NCBI GenBank assembly: GCA_045863335.1
Contig: BTVY01000001.1
Span: 241,629 to 305,628, forward strand
Length of the DNA: 64,000 nucleotides
Reading direction: 5' to 3'
Source: Candidatus Hydrogenedentota bacterium
GTDB taxonomy: Bacteria; Hydrogenedentota; Hydrogenedentia; Hydrogenedentales; SLHB01
Shown here: positions 8,681 to 19,077 of the stretch, one piece after another
Position numbering within the stretch: the first letter of the stretch is position 1
Layout of the letters: the number at the start of each line of letters is the position of its first letter
The notes under the pieces: generated by a model
The model's database searches: none
Told to the model about the DNA's origin: nothing
What the model saw: the letters and a program-made list of their open reading frames with translations, nothing else
Made by a program: the position numbers and the translations under genes

Positions 8681-10672
8681 CTAAGAGCCGGGCGCGACGT
8701 TGCCGCTAACCCAGATGGGCGAAGACCAGGCCATCACGATGCGGCCACCGATGTCGTTCGCCTGACGCAGGCGCATGTAGTACACGCTGCCTTCGGTGCA
8801 GGCCTCGTCCATAAACACTTCGGAGAACTCCAGCGTGTTGGGCTTCCACGCTTGAATTACGGTAAACGCTTCCTCGCCGGGCTGGTGACGAAGGAGTTCC
8901 ACCAAGGCAATGCTGTCCGTGCCGATGGCCTCCAGCTTCAACTCGGCGGTATCCACCGATTCGAGAATCGACCCCATGGGTTCGCCGTTGAGCGTGAAAT
9001 CGAGAACAATCTTCGCGCCGGTCGTGCCGTAGGTGCGGCGCTCGTACAGCGCCTGAAACACGGCGTTGCGCGAGTTCTCCGTGGCGCGCACAGCCGTCAA
9101 TCCATAGAAGGGCTTTCCGGGTTGGGCGCGGTGATCGTCGGACGCCGCCACCGTCGAAAGGTAGAGACCCCGAGCCCAAACGTCCTGCGCATGAGTCGGC
9201 CCGTCGTGACTCTTCGAGTCGGAGGTAAACCAACTCTGCTCAAACGAGAGCGGATGATCCGGGTTGTATGCCTCGCTGAGACCATGACCAGAATAGATCT
9301 CAAAGTTGCGGCGCAATTCGGGATCGTGAAAGCCGAAGTCAACATCTTGAGGGAACTTCCCCGTATGGTGCGGAATGGTCAGCGCGTTTCCGGCATCGAG
9401 CGCTTTCCACAACTCGGGCAAGGTCGCCGCCTGCGGATTGATCAGCGCGCCCGGCGCACCACGGAAAAAAACGTTGTGATGCCCGTACGGCGTGCCAAAG
9501 GAACATCCATACGCATGAATGGTCACGAACGCGGGGGGATCGTGGTGTTTCTCGGTCTTGGCGGTGTACTCATCCCAGACACCGGGGTGCAGACCCTTCG
9601 TGCCTTCCGCTGCCGGTTCGTTGGAGTGATCGGTCATGGCATAGAAATCGAGTCCCATGGCATAGCGGGCGTAATCGAAATTGTCGTAGCCCACGCCGTC
9701 CCAACTGTAATGCGTATGGGAATGCAATTCGCCCCAAAGTACCCGCAATTCCGGCTCGGCCGCCGAAACGATACAGGGATTGGACACCGCGCTTACGTTC
9801 TTGTCATCCGCCCAAGCGTGAAATCGCAGCGTCCCCGTTGCCTGTGGAGTGGCTTCGAATTCAACATAGCCCTGGCCAGACGGGACGTCGACCACCGATG
9901 GAAGGGCAGCCTCTCCGGTCTCGATGTTCAGCCGCACCGATGCGGGCACGTGAACGGGATTGTTCTCGGCATCCAGCAACGACACCAGCACGCGGATGGG
10001 CTTGTCAACCACCGCCTGCGAAGGCGCGTGCACGAGCATGTACGCCGCCGGACCGGGTTCGATGGAAATCGACGCGGGCTCCGTGTGAAGAGCAAACGTG
10101 CTGTTCCCATTCGCATCAACCGCCAGAAGCACAGGAAGCTCCGCCCCAGTCACCTCGCCCGGACGCAGGCCGCGGCTTCCCCCGCTGGTATCACCGTAAA
10201 CGACGGTGATGGTGTCCCCTTCTTGAAGCGCGCCCTTGGCGACTTGTACACGCACAACAAACACGTAACGTTCAAACCGGCCATCCAACGACGGCTTCGC
10301 GTGCTTTACAAGTTCGTTCTCGACTTCGTGCTCCACCGATGCGCGCAACGTAACGCCCTCGCGCGAGCACAACGCCGTAACATAGTGGTCGCCGGAGGGA
10401 CTGCTCGCCTGCAACCGGATCGCGCTGTTCCGGGGCCCCGCGTGCATCTCGTCCGGAAGCTGCACGCGAATGCCGCCCCCTTCCGCGATGCCATCGGAGC
10501 CGGCCGTGTACGTCACCGCCCACGTGCCGTAGACGCCGGAGACGGCGGAGTCCGGATGCACAGAGTATGATCCCGCGGTAGTCGTGCCTTCCATAACCGG
10601 GTCGGGAGGCTGCGCGAATACCGGGGCGGCAGCGCACAAAAGAACCAAGCACAACGCGACGGATTTCCGCAT
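8681..10672 (-). CDS. Exported DUF3604 / PHP-like metallohydrolase domain protein
   Basis: Signal peptide; WGELHSHT, MTDH, GHHNV, TIPHH, ASDDH, RRTYGTTG, AWSSPIWV motifs. Confidence 0.75.
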   Translation of the reverse strand: MRKSVALCLVLLCAAAPVFAQPPDPVMEGTTTAGSYSVHPDSAVSGVYGTWAVTYTAGSDGIAEGGGIRVQLPDEMHAGPRNSAIRLQASSPSGDHYVTALCSREGVTLRASVEHEVENELVKHAKPSLDGRFERYVFVVRVQVAKGALQEGDTITVVYGDTSGGSRGLRPGEVTGAELPVLLAVDANGNSTFALHTEPASISIEPGPAAYMLVHAPSQAVVDKPIRVLVSLLDAENNPVHVPASVRLNIETGEAALPSVVDVPSGQGYVEFEATPQATGTLRFHAWADDKNVSAVSNPCIVSAAEPELRVLWGELHSHTHYSWDGVGYDNFDYARYAMGLDFYAMTDHSNEPAAEGTKGLHPGVWDEYTAKTEKHHDPPAFVTIHAYGCSFGTPYGHHNVFFRGAPGALINPQAATLPELWKALDAGNALTIPHHTGKFPQDVDFGFHDPELRRNFEIYSGHGLSEAYNPDHPLSFEQSWFTSDSKSHDGPTHAQDVWARGLYLSTVAASDDHRAQPGKPFYGLTAVRATENSRNAVFQALYERRTYGTTGAKIVLDFTLNGEPMGSILESVDTAELKLEAIGTDSIALVELLRHQPGEEAFTVIQAWKPNTLEFSEVFMDEACTEGSVYYMRLRQANDIGGRIVMAWSSPIWVSGNVAPGS

Positions 10673-10692
10673 CTTTCATCTTCTCCCGAGTT

Positions 10693-12072
10693 CTACTCGT
10701 GCTCCCATTTCAGAATCCAGGGATCGTTCGTGCGTTTCTGGAAGTCTCGCAGCTTCTGCTGTAACCGCTTCAATTCATCTGCGTGATTCGGATCGTCTGC
10801 GAGGTTATTCACCTCATCCGGATCGACTTTCAGGTCGTACAACTCAAACTCCGGCCGATGCAGATACGCATCGACGGTGCGTTTGCCGTAATGAGTCAGG
10901 TTGCGATCGAGCACCGCCTGCCACGTCGCGGCTTCCCACAGGTCCGACGCGAAGGGGAACGACAACCCGTGTGCGATGTTCCAGATGAGTTTGTACTGCC
11001 GCTCGACGATCACGCGGTTGGGATAGTACATGGTGATCTCGTGGAACGTATGCGACGCATACGTCTCGTCCCAACCCTCCGGCCTTTCCTCCGGAAGCGC
11101 GTCTAAGAACGACCTTCCGTGGAACGTGGTGTCCGGCGCCTGCACGCCCGCATAGTCGAGGATCGTCGGCGTGATGTCCGCCCAGTTGACCATGGCGTCG
11201 CAGGCCTTTCCTTCAACCTCCTGGAGCGGATTGCGCACGACGCAGGGCAGTCGAATGCCCGGTTCATACACATTGGTCTTCGCTCCGGGGAAGGCAATCC
11301 CGTTGTCGGAAAGAAAGATCACGAGCGTATCTTCCCAACGACCCGTCTCTTTCAGGATCTCAATCAGACGCGCAAGCCCACGGTCGGCGCGCTGAACGGA
11401 CCCGTAGTATTGGGCCAACTCTTCGCGGCACTCCGGAATATCCGGCAGGAAGGGCGGCACGATCACATCGTCGGGACTGAACGTATCGGATCCCTCGCGC
11501 TTGAATGGCCGGTGCGGTTCGACCGTGCAGAAATACAGGAAGAAGGGCTGCTCGCTTTCAGCGGCGATAAAATCGCGGCACTGTTCCGCCATTTCATCGG
11601 GCGCGCGCACAGGGTTGTATTGCTGGAAGTGATAGACCTCTTCGGGCGCCACGTGGTACTTCCCCGCGCACAGCGTGCGGTATCCCGCATCGCCGAGCAG
11701 AACCGGCAAGGTCTTGATCTTCGGAAAGCTCACGAAATGGTGGTAGTCGTGGGCGTGCCCGTATTGGCCGTTCGCGTGGTTGTACAGCCCGGTCAACAAC
11801 ACCGATCGGCTCGCGCTGCACGAGGGCGTCGTGCAATACGCATAGTTCATCCGCGTGCCTTCTTTAGCGAGCGTATCGAGACCCGGCGTGCGAATGGCGG
11901 GATTGCCGTAGCAGCCAGCATCGCCGTGACCCTGATCGTCAACGACGTAGAGCAGCACATTGCGTTTCGGATTGGCCTGCGCATGGCTCCGCGCGCCGGA
12001 CAGGGTCAGCGCGGCCGTCCCCATGGCCGCTGTCTTCAAAAAAGAACGCCGCTCCATCGTGCTATGGCTCAT
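10693..12072 (-). CDS. Sulfatase (N-sulfoglucosamine sulfohydrolase-like)
   Basis: Tat signal RRSFLK; VDDQG, CSASRSVLLTG (formylglycine motif), GKYH, SDNG. Confidence 0.9.
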   Translation of the reverse strand: MSHSTMERRSFLKTAAMGTAALTLSGARSHAQANPKRNVLLYVVDDQGHGDAGCYGNPAIRTPGLDTLAKEGTRMNYAYCTTPSCSASRSVLLTGLYNHANGQYGHAHDYHHFVSFPKIKTLPVLLGDAGYRTLCAGKYHVAPEEVYHFQQYNPVRAPDEMAEQCRDFIAAESEQPFFLYFCTVEPHRPFKREGSDTFSPDDVIVPPFLPDIPECREELAQYYGSVQRADRGLARLIEILKETGRWEDTLVIFLSDNGIAFPGAKTNVYEPGIRLPCVVRNPLQEVEGKACDAMVNWADITPTILDYAGVQAPDTTFHGRSFLDALPEERPEGWDETYASHTFHEITMYYPNRVIVERQYKLIWNIAHGLSFPFASDLWEAATWQAVLDRNLTHYGKRTVDAYLHRPEFELYDLKVDPDEVNNLADDPNHADELKRLQQKLRDFQKRTNDPWILKWEHE

Positions 12073-12177
12073 TGGTGGTCGCTCCGCGAATGGTAAGCTT
12101 GATCGCACCGGTCCCGATTAGGGACCATCTTACAGACCACCAAAGGCGATCCCAAACCGAGGCAAGGGCGATATCTC

Positions 12178-12238
12178 GATCCGACCTATCCGACCGATCC
12201 GACCGATCGGTCAGATCGGTCCGATCAGTCCGATCGAT
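12178..12238. repeat. 9-mer repeat/palindrome (GATCCGACC / GATCGGTCC), family D
   Basis: gatccgacctatccgaccgatccgaccgatcggtcagatcggtccgatcagtccgatc between divergent sulfatases; similar tract at 53768-53801. Confidence 0.75.
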
Positions 12239-12260
12239 CGCTATCAAGGAGGCAACCATC

Positions 12261-13715
12261 ATGAAACTAAGCCGCCGCGAGTTTATCGGTTCCGCAGTCG
12301 CGGGCGCGTGCATCGCTTCGGGATGCGCAACGACGGCCCCATCACGCAAGACCGCCGCCCGTCCGAACGTCGTCCTCGTCATGGCCGACGATCAAGGCTG
12401 GGGCGACATGGCCTACAACGGCCATCCCGTGCTGCAGACGCCCCACTTCGTTGCGGCGGCCGCGACAGGCCTGCGCTTCGACCGGTTCTACGCGGCGGCG
12501 CCGGTCTGTTCCCCCACACGCGGCAGTGTGATGACGGGACGGCACCCGAACCGCTTCGGCTGTTTCAGTTGGGGGCACACGCTGCGTCCGCAGGAGATCA
12601 CCATCGCGGAAGCATTGAAGTCGGCGGGATACGTGACCGGCCACTTCGGCAAATGGCACCTCGGTCCCGTCGAGAAAGGCAGCCCGGTAAATCCCGGCGC
12701 GAGCGGGTTCGACGAATGGCTCTCCGCGCCAAACTTTTTCGACAACGACCCCATCCTCAGCCGCGAAGGCGTCGCGGAACCCAAGCCGGGCGAAAGCTCC
12801 ATGGTCACGGCGGACGCGGCCATCGACTTCATGCGAAAACATGCGGGCAGCGACCAGCCCTTCCTCGCGGTGGTCTGGTTCGGCTCGCCCCATAATCCCC
12901 ATCAGGCGACGGACGAATTAAAAGCCTTGTATCCGAACGAAGACGCGCAGTTCCAGAACTTCTACGGCGAAATCACGGGGATGGATCGCGCCTTCGGCAG
13001 ATTGCGCGCGGAACTGCGCACCCTCGGCATCGCGGACAACACGATCTTCTGGTATTGCAGCGACAACGGCGGGCTCCCGAAGGTCGGATCCACGGGAGGG
13101 CGCGGACACAAGAGCCAGCTTTACGAAGGCGGCCTCCGCGTGCCCGCGATCCTGGAGTGGCCACAGAAGATCCCCGCGAACCGGTTCACGAACATCCCCT
13201 GCAACACCGCGGACATCTATCCCACGCTGCTCGACATCCTCGGCATCGAGATGCCGAACCAGCCGCAACTCGACGGCATCAGCCTCGCCCCATTGATCAC
13301 ACGCGATATGACCAAACGCCCGGAACCCATGGGATTCTGGGTCTACCCCGAAAAAGGCATCAGTACCCCGAGCAAAGAACTCATGCAGGAACTTCACGAG
13401 GCCCAACAGGCCGGCAACGAAGTCGCCCACCCCGGCATGCTCTGTCTGGACGCGGGAAAAATCAAGACCACCTACTCCGAAGACGACCTGCCCGGCCATT
13501 CCGCCTGGCTCGACTGGCCCTGGAAGCTGCACCGAATTCCGAAGGAAGGATCGGACAGCGAATTCACATTCGAACTCTACAACCTCGAATCCGACCCCGG
13601 CGAAGCAACCGACCTGACCGCTTCACAAACCCCGCGCGTACAGACCATGAGCGCCGCCCTGAAAGCCTGGCAACAATCGGTAGTCCGAAGTCTCAACGGA
13701 AAAGACTACAATTAA
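12261..13715 (+). CDS. Arylsulfatase-family sulfatase
   Basis: RBS AAGGAGG; Tat signal SRREFI; ADDQGWGD, CSPTRGSVMTG, GKWHLG, SDNG, YEGGLRVP. Confidence 0.9.
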   Translation: MKLSRREFIGSAVAGACIASGCATTAPSRKTAARPNVVLVMADDQGWGDMAYNGHPVLQTPHFVAAAATGLRFDRFYAAAPVCSPTRGSVMTGRHPNRFGCFSWGHTLRPQEITIAEALKSAGYVTGHFGKWHLGPVEKGSPVNPGASGFDEWLSAPNFFDNDPILSREGVAEPKPGESSMVTADAAIDFMRKHAGSDQPFLAVVWFGSPHNPHQATDELKALYPNEDAQFQNFYGEITGMDRAFGRLRAELRTLGIADNTIFWYCSDNGGLPKVGSTGGRGHKSQLYEGGLRVPAILEWPQKIPANRFTNIPCNTADIYPTLLDILGIEMPNQPQLDGISLAPLITRDMTKRPEPMGFWVYPEKGISTPSKELMQELHEAQQAGNEVAHPGMLCLDAGKIKTTYSEDDLPGHSAWLDWPWKLHRIPKEGSDSEFTFELYNLESDPGEATDLTASQTPRVQTMSAALKAWQQSVVRSLNGKDYN

Positions 13716-13914
13716 ATCGACCCCTATGGACTGCGGTCCCCCGGGACTGCTTTTCCCAAGCACGTTCTCGGGGACCTAACCCAGTCCAGCGACGCAGATT
13801 ATCACCATCATCGAGCCGCACACAAAGTTAGTTCCAGATTTGTTCACAGATCGGGCTAACAAGCGCCATCCCCTTCGCCAGAACAACACTCGCCTTGCTA
13901 TTTGCATCGAATCG

Positions 13915-14140
13915 CGTGGCCTGAAAGGCCTGCATACTCTCAGCCCCAGGTTGGTCCGACCAGCGGGAGGACCTACCTGGGGTACACGGACCCATTTTTT
14001 GATCTTACCCTGTAAGGGTTTCACAAGGATCATAAGGTTGTATATCCCCTTCGGGGAACTGACGTGGGTTGGTGGGATGCGATGTCCCCGGGTAGGCCTT
14101 GCTGCGCGGCGGCCAATCACGCCGATGGCGTGACTATAGG
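13915..14140. repeat. Cluster of short GC hairpins (REP-cluster-like) in a long convergent intergenic gap
   Basis: GGCCTGAAAGGCC, CCCAGG...CCTGGG, ACCCTGTAAGGGT, TCCCCTTCGGGGA, TCACGCCGATGGCGTGA; the last is also present (reverse) at ~49256-49281. Confidence 0.55.
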
Positions 14141-14290
14141 TATGCAGGCCCGTTGGGCCATTACGGCGGCTTGACGCCGCCGCACCGCAACGTCCCATAC
14201 CACGGCGCTCCCGGTTCGTCGCGCCGGTACCCGTCGTCGTGCCCGTTCCAACGGACCGCACTCCATGGAATCCTTGAGTAATTCGAACGA

Positions 14291-15748
14291 CTACTCGTCC
14301 GTGCGTGGTATGTCCGCGTCAACTTCTAAGCCGGTGCAATCTTCCCACGCGAATGCTTCTCCCGTCGCTGGGGACACGCGGACATCATCCATAACGACGC
14401 CATTCACCAGTTTCGCGCGGAATCCTTCCGTTGCATCGATGGATACGTTCTCAAACCGCAAATCCTCAATCGGCGCCTCGGGCAACCCCTCGATGCTCGC
14501 GGCCCGCTTGGCGCCGTCAACATGGATATCCCGAAACGCGATATCCCGAAACAGCGGCGCCTTCCCATCCGTCGTGCCCATCCAGGCGCGGTAGGCGGTG
14601 GTCATTTGGATGGCGTCGCTCTGGATGTTCGTCATGTCGATGTTCTCAAACCAAAGACGTTCGACGACACCGCCGCGGCCGCGGGTGGACTTGAGACGAA
14701 TGCCGATCAAGGTCCCGTCAAATACACACGAATGAACGTACACATTCCGGATATCGCCGCTGGTATCGCTGCCGAAGACCGCACCGCCGTGTCCCTTCGC
14801 CGTGTGGTTGTAGCGGACGACCACGTTCTCCGTCGGCTTGCCCACGCGCCAGCCGTCTTCGTTCATCCCGGACTTCATGCAGATGCAGTCGTCGCCCGTG
14901 TTGAAGTAGCAGTGCTCGATGAGCACGTTCCTGCTGGAATCCACGTTCAGCCCGTCCGTGTTGGGGCCGCCCTCCGTGAAAATCCGCAGCTTCCGCGCAA
15001 TGACCCGGTCGCAATCGACGAGGTCGATGGTCCAAAACGGCCCCGGCGCGCTGATGGTGAACCCTTCCAGCAACACGTTCCGGCAGTTGATGGGGCTGAT
15101 CAGTTGCGGCCGCAACCCGTCCTCCACCGTTCCGTAGATGCGCTCCTCCGGCGGCACGCCCTTCAGAATCTGTTCCTCGTACATGCGGAAGGCCGTCGGC
15201 TCTTGCCGCGGTTCCCAGGACCACCACGCCTCGCCGTTGCCGTCGATGGTCCCCGGCCCCGTGACGGCGATGTTCTCGCAATCGCGCGCGTAGATGAGCG
15301 GCGAGTAGTTGTAGCATTCAAAGCCCGCCCACCGCGTAAACACGACGGGCAAATAGTCGGCGGGATCGGTGGAGAACCGCAGCACCGCGCCCTCGTCGAG
15401 ATGGAGATTGACGTTGCTCCTGAGGTGGATGGCTCCGGTTACCCACGTACCGGCCGGCACGCGCACCACGCCACCGCCCGCGTCCGCGCAAGCCTCAATC
15501 GCGGCGCGAATCGCCCCGGTGTTCTTCGTCTCGCCGTCGCCCACCGCGCCGAACACGGCGATATCGAAGACCCGGTCCGGAAAGACGGGCCGCTGAAGTT
15601 GGGGCATATCAAAGGGCGCGACGATGGGTTCGATTGCGTGTGCCGCCGCTTCCACGCCGACCCGTGCTGACCACCCGGTTCCCGTTTCCGCCCCGCCAGC
15701 CGCAGCCACTGCTACTACGAAGAATCCCGCCACAAGATTGCGAAGCAT
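14291..15748 (-). CDS. Glycoside hydrolase family 28 (polygalacturonase-like)
   Basis: NTDG, GDDCICMKSG, GHG, RLKS catalytic motifs; signal peptide. Confidence 0.92.
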   Translation of the reverse strand: MLRNLVAGFFVVAVAAAGGAETGTGWSARVGVEAAAHAIEPIVAPFDMPQLQRPVFPDRVFDIAVFGAVGDGETKNTGAIRAAIEACADAGGGVVRVPAGTWVTGAIHLRSNVNLHLDEGAVLRFSTDPADYLPVVFTRWAGFECYNYSPLIYARDCENIAVTGPGTIDGNGEAWWSWEPRQEPTAFRMYEEQILKGVPPEERIYGTVEDGLRPQLISPINCRNVLLEGFTISAPGPFWTIDLVDCDRVIARKLRIFTEGGPNTDGLNVDSSRNVLIEHCYFNTGDDCICMKSGMNEDGWRVGKPTENVVVRYNHTAKGHGGAVFGSDTSGDIRNVYVHSCVFDGTLIGIRLKSTRGRGGVVERLWFENIDMTNIQSDAIQMTTAYRAWMGTTDGKAPLFRDIAFRDIHVDGAKRAASIEGLPEAPIEDLRFENVSIDATEGFRAKLVNGVVMDDVRVSPATGEAFAWEDCTGLEVDADIPRTDE

Positions 15749-15963
15749 ACTACCCCCGGTTTTCTATACGGTGCGCGGCATGGCGTATTGCCAAACGCGG
15801 TTGTGCCACGCCCCCTGGGACCTTCACCGAGTCTATTCTCGCAGACCGGAGACCTGCCATCCAACCTGCGATGGCAACCCTATTGACCGTTAGGTCTCAT
15901 CCCGCTATTATCGTTTTACGAGTCTTAGCTGGATCGTGGCAAGTCCGAGGATTGGTGAAGACG

Positions 15964-17301
15964 ATGGTCCCGAATCTCATTGAGATGGCCATCCCGGTGT
16001 TTTTCATCCTCATCGGGGTGGAATTGTCCGTCAGTTGGCTGCAACGCCGCGCCAACTACCGCTTCAATGACACCATCAACGACCTCAGCATGGGCACCGT
16101 GGATCAAGTCGGCGGCGCGTTCCTCAAATCCATCGTTTTCATCGGCTACCTGTACGTCTACGAGAACCACCGGCTCCTCGACATTCCCATGTCGTCGACC
16201 ACCGCGTGGGTGGCATGCTTGCTCTTCTACGATCTCATGTACTACTGGGCGCACCGGGCCAGCCACGAAGTGAATGTATTGTGGGGCTCGCACATCCCTC
16301 ACCACCAGAGCGAGGAGTACAACCTGAGCGTCGCGTTGCGGCAGGGCGTGTTCCAGGGCTGCTTCTTCTGGATCTTCTACCTTCCCCTCGCCTTCACCGG
16401 ATTCCCCCCCGCCATGTTTATCGTCATGGCGTCGGTGGACACGCTCTATCAGTTCTGGATTCACACGCGGACTATCGGGAAACTCGGCCCGCTGGAATGG
16501 GTGTTCAACACGCCTTCCCACCACCGCGTGCATCACGCCAAGAACCCCAAATACATCGACCGGAACCACGGCGGCATGCTGATTATCTGGGACCGGCTCT
16601 TCGGCACCTTCAAGGAAGAAGAGGAAGAACCGGTGTACGGCACCGCGACTCCCTTACGAAGTTGGAACCCCGTCTGGGCGAACGTCCACTACTGGATCGA
16701 TCTTGCGAAGCTGGCGTGGGAAGCACCGCGCTGGCAGGACAAGTTCCTGGTCTGGTTCATGAAACCCGCTTGGCGGCCCGCGGGGCTGGAGAAGGAAGGC
16801 CCTCCCGCCCACCTGCGGCGCGAGTTCTACGAAAAGTACAATCCGCGCATCCCCGTGAGCCTCAGCATCTATGTCTTCGTACAGTTTCTCCCCACGATGA
16901 TCATCGCCACGTCCTTCCTCAAGAAGGAGGCGGACCTCGTGGCGGCGGAGCGGATTGGCGTCGCGGGCCTCATCATCATGACGCTCGTCTGCATCGGCGG
17001 AATCCTCGAGGGAAAACGCTGGGCCCTCTTGCTCGAAGGACTACGGCTTCCCGTTCTCGGCGGCGCCGCCATCATCTGGACGCAACGTGCCTTCGGACTC
17101 GAAACGATGTTGGGGCAGATCGTGGCCGTGCTTGTACTAGTCGACGTCGTCGCCCTCATGATTTGGCTGCTGAGCCACCGCCGCGCGTTCACCCACCCCT
17201 TCGGACCAGTGGCCGCCGACGCGATCTCGTCAGCAATCGCCGACTCCGAATTCCCGCCCCAACTGCAAGACTCCCATTCAACAGCCCGGACAGGTCTCTG
17301 A
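15964..17301 (+). CDS. Sterol desaturase / alkylglycerol monooxygenase family membrane protein
   Basis: His boxes YWAHRASH, HIPHHQS, WIHT, HHRVHH; WDRLFGTF. Confidence 0.85.
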   Translation: MVPNLIEMAIPVFFILIGVELSVSWLQRRANYRFNDTINDLSMGTVDQVGGAFLKSIVFIGYLYVYENHRLLDIPMSSTTAWVACLLFYDLMYYWAHRASHEVNVLWGSHIPHHQSEEYNLSVALRQGVFQGCFFWIFYLPLAFTGFPPAMFIVMASVDTLYQFWIHTRTIGKLGPLEWVFNTPSHHRVHHAKNPKYIDRNHGGMLIIWDRLFGTFKEEEEEPVYGTATPLRSWNPVWANVHYWIDLAKLAWEAPRWQDKFLVWFMKPAWRPAGLEKEGPPAHLRREFYEKYNPRIPVSLSIYVFVQFLPTMIIATSFLKKEADLVAAERIGVAGLIIMTLVCIGGILEGKRWALLLEGLRLPVLGGAAIIWTQRAFGLETMLGQIVAVLVLVDVVALMIWLLSHRRAFTHPFGPVAADAISSAIADSEFPPQLQDSHSTARTGL

Positions 17302-17307
17302 AGAATC

Positions 17308-17362
17308 GGGACTGTCACCATTTTTCTTCTGTGCGATCGAGATGAAAAATGGGGACACCGCA
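17308..17362. repeat. Imperfect inverted repeat, family G (GGGACTGTCACCATTTT...AAAAATGGGGACA)
   Basis: Related motif pair at ~34912-34995 (GGGACTGGCTCCATCTT...AAAATGGTGCCTGTCCC). Confidence 0.5.
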
Positions 17363-17371
17363 CAGGCAATC

Positions 17372-18340
17372 TCAGCCTCCGGCAACGTTCCCCTCTTCCG
17401 CCGAACTCGCGGTTTCTCCTGCATACGGATCGTGCAGTCCGGGATGTCCGTCGGGATGGGCGTCCTCATGGTGTTCGGGTTCCACATGGGTCGTCACGTG
17501 TACTGTGAAGTTCTCGAAAAGATTGTGGATCGATTCCTCCACGCGGGTAACGCGGTCGTGAGCTTCCGCTGTCGACATCTCGCCGGGCACCTGCATGTGC
17601 ACTTCCACCCACATGACATCGTTACTCTGGCGATGCTTGAGTTGATGGAAACCGGTAATGCGGCCTTCGTCCACAGCGGCCTGCAAACACCCGAGGATCT
17701 TGGGCGTCTGGCGCGGGTCGGCTGCATCGATCAAGCCCGCGAACGACCCGAAAATGAGGCTCCCGGCTTCGCGCAGGATGTTGGTCGCGACGAGGATCGC
17801 CACGATCGGGTCAAGCCAGAGCAGGCCGGTTAGTTGGACAATAAGGACTCCGATGACAACGCCGGCGCTGGTCCACATATCCGTCAGCACGTGTTTGCCG
17901 TTAGCGACCAGAATCACCGCGTTGCGCGATCTGCCGACACGCACCAGGAACAACCCCAGCCCCAGGTTCACGAGACATAGCGCGCCGGTGATCACGATCC
18001 CGATTCCCAGGTGACGCAACTCCGGACCCAGGATGAGCTCGCGAACGCTGGAGTAATAGATGTACAGGGCCGCGGAAAGGATCATGGCCCCTTCGAACCC
18101 CGCCGAGAAATACGCGATCTTCCCGTGGCCATACGGATGTTTGTTGTCAGGGTCTTGCCGCGCGTACCACAGGCTGAAACCCGCCACCGCCGTCGCCGCA
18201 ATATGGACGACCGACTCCGCCGCGTCCGAGAGAATCGCGGCGCTTCCGGTGATGACGTAGGCCGTCAGCTTGCCGGCCAGCATCAACACGGCGACGGACA
18301 GACTGGCGATCATCGCCGTTTGTCGCAGATCGGATTTCAT
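17372..18340 (-). CDS. Cation diffusion facilitator (CDF) family transporter
   Basis: SAAILSDAAES, HPYGHGK, HVLTD, C-terminal HVEP and His-rich tail. Confidence 0.9.
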   Translation of the reverse strand: MKSDLRQTAMIASLSVAVLMLAGKLTAYVITGSAAILSDAAESVVHIAATAVAGFSLWYARQDPDNKHPYGHGKIAYFSAGFEGAMILSAALYIYYSSVRELILGPELRHLGIGIVITGALCLVNLGLGLFLVRVGRSRNAVILVANGKHVLTDMWTSAGVVIGVLIVQLTGLLWLDPIVAILVATNILREAGSLIFGSFAGLIDAADPRQTPKILGCLQAAVDEGRITGFHQLKHRQSNDVMWVEVHMQVPGEMSTAEAHDRVTRVEESIHNLFENFTVHVTTHVEPEHHEDAHPDGHPGLHDPYAGETASSAEEGNVAGG

Positions 18341-18418
18341 CGCCCCCCCTCGTCAATTACGGAAATCGAACCGTAACGCATCCAGCATAACACGGCAAGG
18401 GAACAGCGGCCATAGGAA

Positions 18419-18928
18419 CTACGCGAGTTCCGAGCGGGAATACGTGCGAGACTCCCGAACGTCCCCGGTCAGCTCGTAGATCGCGACCCTGATTTCGTCG
18501 TCCGAGGTGGTAATGAGCGCGTAGGATGGCCGTTGCCCCCGGTCGAACTTACTCTTGAGATGCCCTGGATTGAGGTGAACCGACATTCCGAGCTTTTCGA
18601 TCCGCGCCACGTGGGTATGACCCGTTAACACCACGGTTGCCGCCAACTCGCGTGCGGAAAGGTCCTTGTCGGCGTGGGCGGCGGATATGGTGATGCCATC
18701 GACGGACTCCACAATGGTGCTTGGAATGCGGTGATCGGCGTACTCCGGGCACCACAGCCCAGGCACCATCTTGATCGCGTGTCCCGCCATGGCCAATTCC
18801 TCGGCGTCCGAATAGTCGTCGCCCACGTGAATCAACAGGTCTACTTGGTGACGGGTGGCGAGATAGTCAGCCACCTGATGCATCATGCGACGGTTGCCGT
18901 GGGTATCGCTGATAATTCCAATGATCAT
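18419..18928 (-). CDS. YfcE-like metallophosphoesterase
   Basis: IISDTHG, HVGD, GHTH, NPG motifs. Confidence 0.85.
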   Translation of the reverse strand: MIIGIISDTHGNRRMMHQVADYLATRHQVDLLIHVGDDYSDAEELAMAGHAIKMVPGLWCPEYADHRIPSTIVESVDGITISAAHADKDLSARELAATVVLTGHTHVARIEKLGMSVHLNPGHLKSKFDRGQRPSYALITTSDDEIRVAIYELTGDVRESRTYSRSELA

Positions 18929-19077
18929 CGATGAGAACCCAACTTCAGGTAAAACAGACCTCCGTAAAAACCGGAATCACGGCCGAACCAGAATATGGTA
19001 TCCTCCACCGGCAGGATTGGGTTTGCAAAGTGGCGGCCAGTATATCCCAGGCCGTAAAGCCTCGCCAATACTTTGCC

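Noticed and set aside
8852-10570. Long antisense ORFs (e.g. 8852-10570, 19743-21176, 24761-26188, 47551-49014, 56478-57797, 59720-61171)
   Set aside because: They are shadow frames opposite well-supported genes, expected in GC-rich DNA, and show no recognisable motifs.
12072-12260. N-terminal extension of the sulfatase (SDRSDRSVRSVRS)
   Set aside because: It is a translation of the 9-mer intergenic repeat; the RBS and Tat signal place the start at 12261.
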